Assembly: GCA_964016885.1 (NCBI GenBank)
Contig: OZ024741.1
Coordinates: 394,630,001-394,694,000 of the forward strand
DNA: 64,000 nt
Direction: 5' to 3'
Source: Eledone cirrhosa
Taxonomy: Eukaryota
In this document: positions 35,085-46,815 of the stretch, one piece after another
Numbering within the stretch: position 1 is the first letter of the stretch
Layout of the letters: each line of letters starts with the position of its first letter
The notes under the pieces: model-generated
Told to the model about the DNA's origin: nothing
What the model saw: only the letters and a program-made list of their open reading frames with translations
The model's database searches: none
Position numbers and translations under genes: made by a program

Positions 35085-35338
35085 CGAGAAGTTCAAGTAT
35101 CTCGGGTCCTTGTTCACAAGTGATGGTAGGCATGACACTAAATTCACTGAAAAAATTGCAGGAGCAGGTGCAGTAATTCACCAGCTTCAGCATTCAGTAA
35201 TCAGAAGAAGGGAGGTAGGTGTAAAAGCCAAACTCACTATCTTCAATTCGGTATTTGTGCCAACCCTTACCTATGGTCATGAATCTTAAGTAATGACCAA
35301 AAGAATACAATCACAAATACAAGCAGTCAAAATGGGAG
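35085..35338 (+). mobile_element. Expander/Rex3-type RTE fragment
   Basis: EKFKYLGSLFTSDGR...KAKLTIFNSVFVPTLTYGHES*VMT. Confidence 0.8.
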
Positions 35339-35524
35339 GAGGAGGAAGTGATGCTTTATGAATTTAGGGACAATTATAGAGATTTATACATGATTTTCTA
35401 ATGCTGCAGTTTAAACACTAGGTTATATTTTGTTAATTAAAACACCCAGTTCATAACCCTTTCCTAGTATAATATATTAGGTTATATAAATGATGATGAT
35501 ATATCGTCTATATGACACACTTAC

Positions 35525-35551
35525 TTTGTACTCGATATTGCCTTCTTCAAC
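35525..35551 (-). CDS. GTPBP2: GTPBP2 exon 2, 27-nt micro-exon (VEEGNIEYK)
   Basis: ttttag|GTTGAAGAAGGCAATATCGAGTACAAA|gtaagt; phase 0-0; matches the conserved GNIEYK motif. Confidence 0.9.
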
Positions 35552-36074
35552 CTAAAAATGAAAGAAAGAAAAAATTTAGATCTTCAATCAGTAAAGAGAA
35601 TGGACTGCATCCAAAACTAGAGCATAACATTTACTATTAGCAAATGTTATTTAAATATTAATAGAATAGGAATTGCAAAAACTGATTACTAGTCAGATAT
35701 TACAGAAAAAAAAAACACTTATCAGTGTGTTAATGCAAATTTTGAGAAGGTATATATTGCACAATAGGCAGTTTAGCCCAAAGTCAACTCTGATCGAACA
35801 AACTTAGGATCAAAAACATTTCAGCCATGAACATCCAGTTGTTTCATAGGGTTCTAGGACTATTCAATTTGTCTTTTCCTTTTCATCACTATTTCTACAA
35901 TATTGCTTTCCAATACTGCAAAGCTGTTTTCATGTTACAAAACTTGAATGTAATTTTTCTGCCTAAAAATAAAAAAAAGGTTTAAATTATTGTAATCTTT
36001 TTAGCAATATTTCTCTCATGATGTCAGAAAGAAAAAATATGGACGCCGACGATGCCTTCTTCTTCTCCTCCTCC

Positions 36075-36448
36075 ACCTGCTTCTTCTTTGCCCACTTATT
36101 CTTGAGAGGGTCATGTGGGCAGAGTCCTCAAACACTCCTTCCAGTGGGTCCTGTCAGAAGCAACTGTCTCCAACTGGATCCCCAAGTAAGACCAGCCAAG
36201 CTCATGGAGGTTGTCCAACCATCTTGCTCAGGGTCTACCCCTAGGTTTCCTACCGTTTAGTTTTGCCTGTAAAACATGTCCATAGTATCGGAGCTGTGAT
36301 CTCTCAATTTGGAGAAGTAGCTGCTCTACCTGGAATAAACTCTCTTATCTCTGAGCAAAGCACTCTATCGAGTAACATTACTCTGAAGACCCTTCGGAGG
36401 AACCCTATTTTGGCCGCTTGTATTCGCAATCATATTCTTTCAGTCATA
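36075..36448 (-). mobile_element. Expander/Rex3-type RTE 3' fragment with (GAA)n tail
   Basis: IQAAKIGFLRRV..TR..RGRP remnants and a tail matching 9945-10222. Confidence 0.7.
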
Positions 36449-37490
36449 GGCAAGGGTTGGCACGAATACCGAATTGAAAATAGAGTCAGGCTTTCACACC
36501 TTCCTCCCATTACCAAATGCAGAGCTGTTCTGCTAGAGAAAGGGTCACATCTGGCAGATAACGATACAGCCACCAGATATGATGGTTAGTTGCAATATAA
36601 GCAGGCAGCTGCCAGTCGAATAAGCAACCCTGGACCAACACTGGTAAACTACTAGGGATGTCGCTATGACGAGGCGAGTAAGGGCTGCCTCTAAAAAAGC
36701 CTAGTGCTCATAGGTTTGAGAAAGTACCAGATTGGTGATTGGCGCAAATATGACCACCAAAACTGCAATATGATGAGAGGTACACAAAAGAAGCATACCA
36801 CACGCCTTTGAGCTTGTTAACAGAGGACGCGTTCAGACCTTAGGTAAAGAGGCCTGTTCAAAAAATATATTGCAGTTTCCATTTCATGCAGCAAAGACTG
36901 GAGATGGGCCTGCGACCTATCCTGCGAGGCATGGGATGGACGCACAAAGATTGTGTATCCCAAGACCCTACAGAGGGTTCAGAAGGCAGCAAACCTTAAC
37001 AATTGGAAAAGTTAAGACATCCATTGTTTTTTTTTTTGTTTGTTCCATTGAGGAATTATAAATTCCATTGAAGAATTATGAATATATTTCGTTTGACACT
37101 TATACTGCATAAATACGTATATATCACCATCATCATTTAATGTCGATTTCCCTACAATCAAAAGTTGCATGAGTCTTCACAGACTGATTCAGTACTGAAG
37201 CAAGGCTACTGACTTCCCAGACAGACCCAGGGTTTGCATTTCGCTTACATACAGTTCTACATTCTGCATTTTATTATGGCACCAGCACTAGAGAAATTAT
37301 CATGTTTTTTAACACATCTGAAGGGTCCTCCCAACCATTTGTTTGGCACCCAAACATATATATCGTGGCCCTAGAATTTAAAGACTAACTATCTTTTCTT
37401 TGTTGTTGTTTTTTTTCGAATTGTTTGACGTTGGTTGAAGCGAGATAACATTTTTGGTGAAAAAAGTATTTGTCTTTTATATATATATAT

Positions 37491-37878
37491 ATTCATTTAA
37501 GTAATTACCAAATACGTTTTTACATTAAATATTGACTTACGAACGTATTCTCTGACTGTGGGCTGTTCAGCGGTTTGGTGAGACTTCTGATTTTGATAAG
37601 TCCCAATAAGGGGACGAAACGTTCGTAAATCAATATTTAATGTAAAAACGTATTTGGTAATTACTTTAATGAATTATTTGCTTCATGTGTAATTATTATT
37701 TTTAACACAATAAGATTTTGTACAAATGCTTGTTTGAAAAATCTTTCAAAGAAGTATGAAACATAGCCTTTTGTACTGTTTATTATAATAAATTACTGTA
37801 TTTTGAGCTGTTTTAACTTCTCCACCTACCTCCTTCCAATTTTTTTACATTATTTTTATAAAAAACAATATTTTTTTC
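37491..37878 (+). mobile_element. PLE pLTR-like remnant in (TA)n with 56-bp inverted arms (37491-37546 and 37619-37674)
   Basis: The arms are reverse complements with two mismatches; the hammerhead overlaps the start of the right arm. Confidence 0.7.
37588..37632 (+). ncRNA. Minimal type I hammerhead ribozyme with U3-A8 covariation, predicted cleavage after 37627
   Basis: UGAUU [UUGAUAA] GUCCC-AAUAAG-GGGAC [GAAA] CG-UU-CG [UA] AAUCA; all three stems pair. Confidence 0.8.
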
Positions 37879-37926
37879 ATATATATATAAGAAATGTAAG
37901 TCAACAAGGTAAAATTAACTTCGTTT

Positions 37927-37999
37927 ATTCACTGTTATATATATATATTCCAGTGATAACAGTTATGCAACAGCTATGACCTCATCAGACAGCTAGAAT
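37927..37999 (-). ncRNA. Decayed type I hammerhead ribozyme (GAAA changed to GGAA)
   Basis: Minus strand: AUUC-UA-GCUGU [CUGAUGA] 13-position stem II with two mismatches [GGAA] (UA)5 [UA] ACAGU-GAAU. Confidence 0.55.
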
Positions 38000-38390
38000 T
38001 TGAACAGAAAAAAACAGAAAAAACTAACGATGAAATAAAGCTTACTTTTGTTAATTTGATTTTTTTTATATGCTCAGCATTGAAATTTGCTGTTGTTTTC
38101 TCAAGTAGCATGATTTAGAATGAACAAATTCACAGCATCAGTAAAATTCACCTCCTTCCGGTCAGTCAGTTAGGGTTGTTTTGAGCAACTAACAATAATA
38201 ACTGTATATACTCTGAATATAGGGGTGTTTTGGCCTCTGTGACCTCTATAGCTGTATTAGTGGCAGTAGTGTTAATATGCTACTACCACAACATACTACT
38301 ACCTCTGGTTGTAAGTGAATGTATTGAACTTGTTAGTGAAAATTTCAAATATATAAACAGATATGGGACCATTGGAAGAATGTAAATAAT

Positions 38391-41300
38391 ATCATCATCA
38401 TCATCATCATTTTACGTCCACTTTTCCCTGCTTGCAAGGGTGGGACAGGTCCTATTCAGCACAACATCTCTCTACTTGTCATGGTTCTTTGTCATTTCCT
38501 CCGTGAGCTACGCCCATGTTTTTCGAGGTCTTCCTCTACTGCATCTTCCTTCAACTGGCATTTCTTGGCACTTCTTTACCCAGCAGTCATCCTCTATGCG
38601 CATCGCAGGTCCATAACATCACATTCTTCTCTCCCACACACTACAACTTATCCCTCTTATACCCAGTTTCTCTCTCAACTCATTTATGCTTGGTCGTTCA
38701 CGCACATTGACATTGCACATCCAATAGAGCATGCTTGCTTCATTTCTCTCAAGCCGTCGCATATCCTCTGCAGTTGCTGCCCATGTCTCACTACCATGTC
38801 TCACTACTTTCTTACGCAGGGAGAAATCCTTCTTTGTCAGCAGAGGAAGCAGCTCCCTAAACTTCTTCCAATTCACCCTTATTCTAGATACTATGGCCTC
38901 GGAACAACCCGCTCCCATGCTAATCTGACCACCTAGGTACCGGAAGCTATCAACCACTTCCATAGAACCCACCTGCATTTGAAAAATGTGTCTATCACTG
39001 CGCCTTCTACTGTCAAATTTCCCTGTACATCTACTGCATACGTATTTCTCCCTACCTGTTAGTTTGCCTGCTATCCCACTACATCTATTGTGTACCCAAG
39101 ATCTGCATTGTGTACATTTTATAGAATTTATGCCAGTTCCTTTTCTGCATATTGAACATGGCCATTTCCCTAATGGAATCAGAGTTTTGTCTTCTTTTCT
39201 ACTTATCAAAACTTTTGTCTTAGCTAGGTTCACTCTCAGTCCTCTTGCTTCCAACTGCTGTTTCCATAGCCAGAATCTATTCTCCAGCTCCTTTACTGAT
39301 TCTGCTATAAGAACCAGATCGTCAGCATAGAGAAGTTCCCATGGGTAGCCAGTCTTAAACTCCTCTGTTATGGCTTGGAGGATTACAATGAACAAGAGTG
39401 GGCTGAGGACTGAACCCTGATGCATTCCTACTTGTATCTGGAATTCCTCACTAAACTCCATTCCTACTCTCACTTTACTGATAGCACCTTTGTAGATAGC
39501 TTGCACTGTCCTCACAAGCCATTCCTCTACACCTAGTTTCCTTAGGGACCACCAAATGACAGATCGGGGTACCCTATCAAAGGCCTTCTCTAGGTCAACA
39601 AAAGCTATGTATAGTGGCTTATTCTTCTCTAAGAACCTCTCTTGTAATTGTCTCACCAAGAAGAGGGCATCTGTTGTACTTTTCCCAGGCACAAAACCAA
39701 ACTGCATCTCATCTAATTTGACCCTTTCTCTAATCAGTTGCGCTAATATTCTCTCTGCCACTTTCATAACCTGATCCATCAGTTTTATGCCCCTATAATT
39801 GCTCCTCTCCAGAGCATCCCCTTTACCTTTGTAGCAATTTATGAGAATACTGCTACACCAGTCTTTGGGTATGACACTGCCATATATAGCCTGATTGATG
39901 ATGCGTGCAACCAGTTTAGTGCCTACGTCCCCTGATGCCTTCAGCATCTCAGCAACTATCTCCGACGGTCCAGCGGCCTTACCATTTTTCATTTCCTTAA
40001 TCGCCTCTTGGACCCTATATTCGTCAATCTCAATAGCTGGTCCCTCTGTCGGATCTACTGGGGGTAATTTCTCTTTGTCCCATTCGTTCTCCACATTCAT
40101 CAGTCTCTCATAATGACATTTCCAGGCCTCCTTTTTCTGATCATTCATGACACTAAGTACACCAGCATCATTCTGGACACATTTATCTCCAACAACATCC
40201 TGATTTGCATTGACACACTGCCTTGCAACGCGGAACACTGCGCGCCTCTGATCTTCCTGTCGCAGAACATTGGCAAACCTCCTACTCTCAGCCTCCCTGC
40301 ATGCTAAGTACACCTGACGTCTAGCTTCTCTCTTAGCGGCTGTTTATCCTTCTCTACTCCCACCATTTTTCCAAGCACTCCATGCTAGTCTTTTGTCTCT
40401 AGTGGCTCTATCTACCATGCTGTTCCACCACCAGGTCACTCTCTGTCTGGTTGGAGCTCTGCTCCAGCCACAAGTTTCTTCAGTAGCCTGCAGTAAGTTG
40501 TCACGTAAAAAATCCAGTTATCATCTATGTCATACAACTCTAAATCGTCTTCTTTTTCGTCATACACATTTTGAAGGGCTTTCCTAAATTTGTATTTTAG
40601 TGAAAGGTCTTTTAGCTTCCAGACCTTTCTTCTCTCCACACCTTCCTGTATGTATCATTCTATCTCTTGCTTACTGAGATATCACTAACAACTAACCTAT
40701 GCTGTGGGTACATTCTTCCCCAGGCTATGCCTTTGTATTTGTCACCATCTGCCTGTCCCACTGCCTAACTAGCAAGAAGTCAATCTGGCTTATGTGCTCG
40801 CCTGATTTGTAGGTTATTAGGTGGTTGGCAAGTTTCTGGAAGTTAATGTTGCAAATGGTTAGTGCACTTGCATCACAAAATTCAAGAAGTCTCACTCCTT
40901 CTTCATTTCTTGAGCCGTAACCGTGCCCACCACAGTGTAACCATCCTGGAGTTGTCCAACATGACCATTGAAGTCCCCTGCTAGCATAACGATGTCTCCG
41001 TTCTCTGTCATTGTGGCTGTTTGTAAAAGTTGTTTGTAAAAGCAGTCTTTCTCTTCTTTACCTAGGCCTGCCTGGGGAGCATAGGCAGAGATGATTGTCA
41101 GTAGTTTCTTGCTTACAACTAATCTAAGCTTAATCATTCTATTACTAACTGGAACTACCACTATTGACTTATCGATCCATCTCTCAGCCAGTAAAATGCC
41201 TACTCCCTCTAACCCATCATCATTACCCACCCTGAGAAGCTTATAACTAAGATGTTTGCCTGCGATTAGTCTCGCAGAGACACATCTCCATCTCACCTCT

Positions 41301-41740
41301 TGCACGCAGCACACATCCACATGTCTTCTCTCCAGCATCTCCACTATTTCACCAGATCTACTTGTCAGAGTGCCAACATTAAGTGTGGCAACTCTGAGAT
41401 GCGACGTCTTCATATTCTTGTTCTTTTTCCTGTAGTGCGATTGCTTGATGACGGTCGGGGGGTTCTCGCACATGGCCTCACCAGCCCCCCCCCCCCCCCA
41501 CTACCGTGCAGGGCCCTAACATGGTTAGTGTTATTGATGTTGACGCAGTTATTGCAATTCTCATTTGTTGTGCTTATAGTTTTTGGCAGTAGTATATACA
41601 CTGGTTGGATGCCCTTCCTAACACCAGCACCACTTTACAGCATGGACTGGATGCTTTTATTCGTGCCACCAGCACTAGAGAGGATGTCTTACTGGACTCA
41701 TGGGCCCTCTCTACCTCTCCATTTTACAGCATGGTCATAA
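38391..41740 (-). mobile_element. Near full-length RTE LINE (5' UTR, APE endonuclease, RT with PHD finger, (GAT)n tail), frameshifted
   Basis: ORFs 40892-41473 (ATLNVGT, CVQEVRW, SAYAPQ, GDFNGHVG), 40436-40639 and 38619-40313 (YADD). Confidence 0.95.
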
Positions 41741-41787
41741 CAATAATAATAATAATAATAATTGTTATAATAATAATAATAATAATA

Positions 41788-42035
41788 GAAGTCAGAGTCG
41801 TCCCGATTGTCATAGGCGCACTAGGTACTATCTCAAAGAGTTTCCAAGGATGGTTAAAGAAAATTAGTGCCGCCCCGCTTTTTGGAACACTTCAAAAGCA
41901 TGCTTGCTGGAAACAGCAAGAACCCTCCGATACATCCTGAATATCTGAGGCTGCAGGTAGCGGCTTGATATTCATTTCAACAAACTTTCCAGTTAAAAAA
42001 CATCAATGACTGAGACTCAAAGAATAATAATAACA
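41788..42035 (+). mobile_element. R4/Dong-type RLE non-LTR retrotransposon 3' end in (TAA)n
   Basis: VRVVPIVIGALGTISK..WLKKI..LQK/CLLETARTLRYILNI; (TAA)n on both sides. Confidence 0.75.
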
Positions 42036-42596
42036 CTATTAATAATTATTAATTAATGCAATTGTGCAATGCCTGTGCATGAAGAATATTTTTAAAGTGA
42101 GGAAAGACTGTGCACTGAGCCAATCCCATTCTCTGAGTGACAGTAGCTATAACCCGAAAAGAAGAAAAGATCAACATCATCAGTAACTACTGAGCCGCAG
42201 GATTTATGTCGGAGTTAACCCAGAATCCTGAGATGCCTTCTCCTAGAAGAATGCCCTGACAAGGGCTAGGGGTCCTTCACTCCCAGTGGTTTAACTGCGC
42301 GATTGGGTATCCAGCCCGATTATTTCTATGTCCCCGCGCATTAAAAAAAAAAAAACCTCACTTATTGGCACTCATAAGTACGACACACACACTCACACAC
42401 ACACACCAACACATGCATACAAACACACACATGCCATTCACTTACACACGCAAACACATATATATATTACTGTTATTACTGATACAAGATCATGTCAACT
42501 GTTGACTTTCAAAAGAGTTTGTATAATTGAAGCCGTGTGTTACTGTTCAGTATTGTATACATATACACACATATATATACATATATCTATATATAC

Positions 42597-42824
42597 ATGT
42601 GATGCACATGGCAGATGACCGATGGGTGAAAAAGTGCCAGGAAATGCCAGCTGAAGGAAGACGTGGTAGAGGTAGACCACGAAAAACATGGGCGGAGGTG
42701 GTGAGAGCAGAGCTCAGATCACTGAAGCTCACGGTGGAGATGACGCAGGACCGTGACAAGTGGAGAGATGCTGTGCTGAATAGGACCCCTCCCACCCTTG
42801 CAAGCATGGAAAAGCGGACGTAAA

Positions 42825-42858
<34 letters not shown>
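42597..42858 (+). mobile_element. RTE 3' fragment (short-tail subfamily)
   Basis: HVMHMADDRWVKKC...RGRPRKTW...LASMEKRT* plus (GAT)n. Confidence 0.9.
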
Positions 42859-43050
42859 CATATATATATATACATATATATATATATACACATATCTATA
42901 TATACATATATATATATATACACATATATATACATATCTCTATTTACATATATATATATACATATATATATATACATATATATATGTATATACACACATA
43001 TATATATATATATATACACATATATATACATACACACACATATATATACA
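42859..43050. repeat. (TA)n/(CA)n compound microsatellite
   Basis: Directly visible; others at 13650-13910, 26200-26352, 43728-43821, 44654-44716 and 45522-45598. Confidence 0.95.
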
Positions 43051-43198
43051 CCCTCAGAGGTACAATAATATTTCATTAATTTCCCCTTCCTCACACCAAT
43101 GTATATATGAACTTAAACACTTGAGTGGATGTGTATACATATATGTATGTATAGATGTGTTTTTTAATATATGTCTGTAGGTATAAATATATGTGTAT

Positions 43199-43658
43199 AT
43201 CATCATCATCATTTTACATTCGCTTTTCCCTGCTTGCAAGGGTGGGAGGGGTCCTATTCAGCACAGCATCTCCCCACTTGTCACGGTCCTTCGTCATCTC
43301 TATTGTGAGCTTCAGCGATCTGAGCTCTGTTTTCACCACCTCCACCCATGTTTTTCGTGGTCTTCCTCTACTACGTCTTCCTTCTACTGGCATTTCTTGG
43401 CACTTCTTCACCCATCGGTCATCCTCCATGCGCATCACATGTCCATACCATCGCAGTCTTCTCTCCCCTACACTACAATTTATCCCTCTTAAACACAGTT
43501 TCTCTCTCAACACATCCATGCTCGGTCGTTCACGCACATTTACATTGCACATCCAATGGAGCATGCTTGCCTCATTACTCTCCAGCCGTCGCATATCCTC
43601 TGCAATTGCTGCCCATGTCTCACTACCATACAGCATCGCGCTCCTCACACAGGCATCT
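43199..43658 (-). mobile_element. RTE 3' fragment (short-tail subfamily)
   Basis: ORF 43214-43648 (MLYGSETWA...RRLRWYGHV...LASREKRM) plus (CAT)n. Confidence 0.9.
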
Positions 43659-43787
43659 TAAAACAATATTTGAAAAACAAATACAAGAAAAAATGTTTAT
43701 ATTACACATATAGAGTATTTATACATTGTATATATATATATATGTGCATACATCCATACATACACACACACGCGCACACACACACAC

Positions 43788-43820
<33 letters not shown>

Positions 43821-43821
<1 letters not shown>

Positions 43822-44090
43822 GGAAGCACGTGGCTTAGTGGTAAGAGTGTTGAACTTATAACCATAACGTTCAATTCCTGGACTGGGCTGTGTTCTTGTG
43901 CAAAACACTTCATTTCATGTTGCTCCAGTATACTCAACTGAAAATGAGTACCAGCAATAGCTGGGAGTTTAACCCTGTGATGGACTGACATCCAGTCCAG
44001 GGGGGAGTATCGTACTCTCAGTCACTTAACGCCATGGAAACCAGGATAAGCACCGGCCTGATGAGTCTCTGGGCTCGAGACAGACTTTAG
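43821..44090 (+). mobile_element. tRNA-derived SINE, family B (MetaSINE-like)
   Basis: A-box TGGCTTAGTGG, B-box GTTCAATTCC, central ccctgtgatggactgacatccagtccaggggggag; flanked by (TA)n. Confidence 0.82.
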
Positions 44091-44120
<30 letters not shown>

Positions 44121-44123
<3 letters not shown>

Positions 44124-44286
44124 AGTAGAACACTGGAAGGAAATATCCGTAGTGGTAGAGCACTCAGTCCATGGGACGAGTTTGGTAGCGGATCTTCAGC
44201 TTGTACTGACCAGTACAAGCTGAAGATCCACTAAGGTGAAACAATTGTTCTCGGTATGGTGAACTAACTGTTGTGTTACTACTTCT
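44121..44286 (+). mobile_element. 166-bp foldback element with a hammerhead-like motif (44209-44260)
   Basis: Inverted termini agaagtag-aacac / gtgtt-a-ctacttct; perfect 18-bp internal inverted repeat (44190-44207 / 44212-44229); CUGAAGA...GAAA-CAAUUG-UU. Confidence 0.6.
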
Positions 44287-44652
44287 ATATATATATATAT
44301 GTGTGTTTAGAACAGGCATGGGCAACCTTTGGCAAGCAGTAGGCCACATAGGATGTGACTGATTTCTTATCTTGTATCTCTCCACCATCTTGTGTAGGAC
44401 AGAACAAAGGAGAGACACAAAGTAAAAAATCAGTCACTGAGGAGGTCACAGAATGTGATGAAAGAGCTTTGACAATATATAAACAACCATCGGGTTATTG
44501 AACTAACAAACTGGAAATTTATAATAAATTGAAGTGAAAAGCAACACGTGCGCGTGTTTTTATTGGCACCATGACCCTCGCAAAGTAGAACAATATCTGT
44601 TTCAATACAGGTTTTCAGATAAGAAACCTTGCAAAATAAATTCAAAAACGAA

Positions 44653-44718
<66 letters not shown>

Positions 44719-45521
44719 CAGCATTGTATGTATAGACATACACATATTACATTAGTCTATGTATATACATATATATATTTATTCTATCTCTATATATGTA
44801 TATTTATCTTGTTAGAAAGAAAATATGAAGGAAATTTCCAAAAAATTATGCCATGGACCAGCTGGCTCCCATGTGTTGTACCACATGTACACATGGTGAT
44901 ATTCTCACATGCTGCAGTGTAAAAGTATGTTTGTAATTATATTGTCTATGTATCTATCTAAAAAAACATATATACACTCACACAAATATATATAAATATA
45001 ATTCATACAAACACACATATTCACACACGCAAACACTCATCATAACAGCCAATGTGTGTAGCAATTCGTTATACATATACACACACATGTGTAGCGAATG
45101 TTAGACGCTGCTTAGACACCCCTTCCTTTGTCAGTCATCTCTAGTGTGTGACGGATAAATACACGTTGGCTTTTATATTAGTAGATAGCTTAGTGTTGTT
45201 GGGGAATGTGCATGCTATTTGTACGTCGCCAAGGAGAAAGGAGGAACACATGACGTTACTGACCCCACTCCTTACTTTTCAATGGTACACCCTCAGTTTA
45301 GAAAGTAGAGTATATAAAAAATGTCTTGAAATACGCACCTTACGAAAGTGTGCCCCCCTCCCCTTCTTCCTCCTATCACCAAAGCCTGATGACAAGCCTG
45401 TATTTCTAACAGATCGAACAGAGTAGAAGCCCCCTCCGCATCAGCTAGGGCCATTGTGTAGTTAGTATAAATGTTTATATAATCAAATCTTCCTTACGTT
45501 TACAATTTTTACTAGGCTCTC

Positions 45522-45552
<31 letters not shown>

Positions 45553-46414
45553 GTGCGTGTGTGCGTGTGTGCGCGTGTGTGCGTGCGGGCGCGCGAGCGA
45601 AAGTGAAAAGAAATCTACTACTAAAACATCTACACTGAGAATGGCTAGAAACACCAGAAAACCCATGAATGAGAAGCCATCTCTGACTAAGCCTCAAGTT
45701 AACACAGATCGAGCAGACTTATGATCAACAGTATTCCAGTATTCCATCTTTTTTATAATTTATCTAATATGCCCATTTTGAAGATTTCACTGCTATTTTT
45801 AACAAGTCGAGCGACCACATAGAGATGGGGAAAGTATTCTTGAGACCAAGGTTTCAACTATTTTATCATTTTAGCTTCGCGGTTTAAAAGCGCCAGTAAA
45901 TGTCTTGACATCGACGAAAAAATATAAGCTCAAGATCCATTCTGCTAAAACAGCTTTAAAAAATTACTAAATTATTACTTTTCAGACTATTAGCCTCATT
46001 TTGCGTTAAAAAAATGTTTTAAACATTTGCTACTATACGTTTAACATTTACATCCCGACCCAACAAGGGAAGCCACTACGCAATGGTTCAGCTTGCTAGA
46101 AATAGCAGCCAAATGTCCACCACAGCTAAAGAAAAGAATTACATGTTGGATAATGTGGTCATGGGATGCACTATGCTAGGAAGAAGCCGGAGCGCTTGTC
46201 ATTTCCAGGGTTTATCTTGTCAAAAGTGAAGTGGACAAAATGCAAAAGTGTTTTCATGTGCAAAAAGCGAAAGTATTATTTCAATATTTATTACAAATGA
46301 TTTTGTCGTGACATCTACACGACCACTTTGCAGTGTGGACTGGGTGCTTTTTGTCGAGACACCTACACGACCACTTTACAATGCGGACAGGATGCTTTTG
46401 TCGTGACACCTACG

Positions 46415-46815
46415 CCGCAATCGAGACCTCAGGCGTACTTGGACCCCGTTCAGTCGAGCTCCTCCGCAAGATCGGAATGTCGGCGGCCCGTATGAGGAAG
46501 GAGCCCAGCTAGAGGGGAAGGTTGTTGCAGCGGGTGTCGCTGGCCATTGTCAGCGAGGATGCTTTTGCGGTCCTATCCGCAGAGCGCAACCCTTTACCAC
46601 CGCGCCTAGGCCCAGAGCCCAATCATCCCCACCAACCCTCTCACTCCTCTGTGACACTCCAGTCCTTGCCATTCCATCCCTTTTCCGTTTTTTTTTCTTT
46701 TTTCTTTATATTTACCTATTTTACATTCTATTCTTTCTTCTCAATCTAAATTTTCTTTTTTTTTTCTTTTTCTATTAAACTGTTTTTAGATGATGTATTC
46801 CATAAATAAATTCTA
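46415..46815 (+). mobile_element. CRE-like RLE non-LTR retrotransposon 3' fragment
   Basis: AIETSGVLGP..LLRKIG...LLQRVSLAIV..AFAVL, then a pyrimidine-rich UTR and AATAAA. Confidence 0.7.

Noticed and set aside
42729-43094. ORFs rich in YI/HT/CV dipeptides (also 13730-13964, 26141-26458, 44534-44922, 45475-45724)
   Set aside because: Translations of (TA)n/(CA)n microsatellites.
44055-44090. CTGATGAGTCTC...GAGAC looks like a hammerhead start
   Set aside because: No GAAA core or stem III follows; it is the 3' end of the family B SINE.
45380-45430. CTGATGA followed by GAAC
   Set aside because: No pairing for stems I-III.
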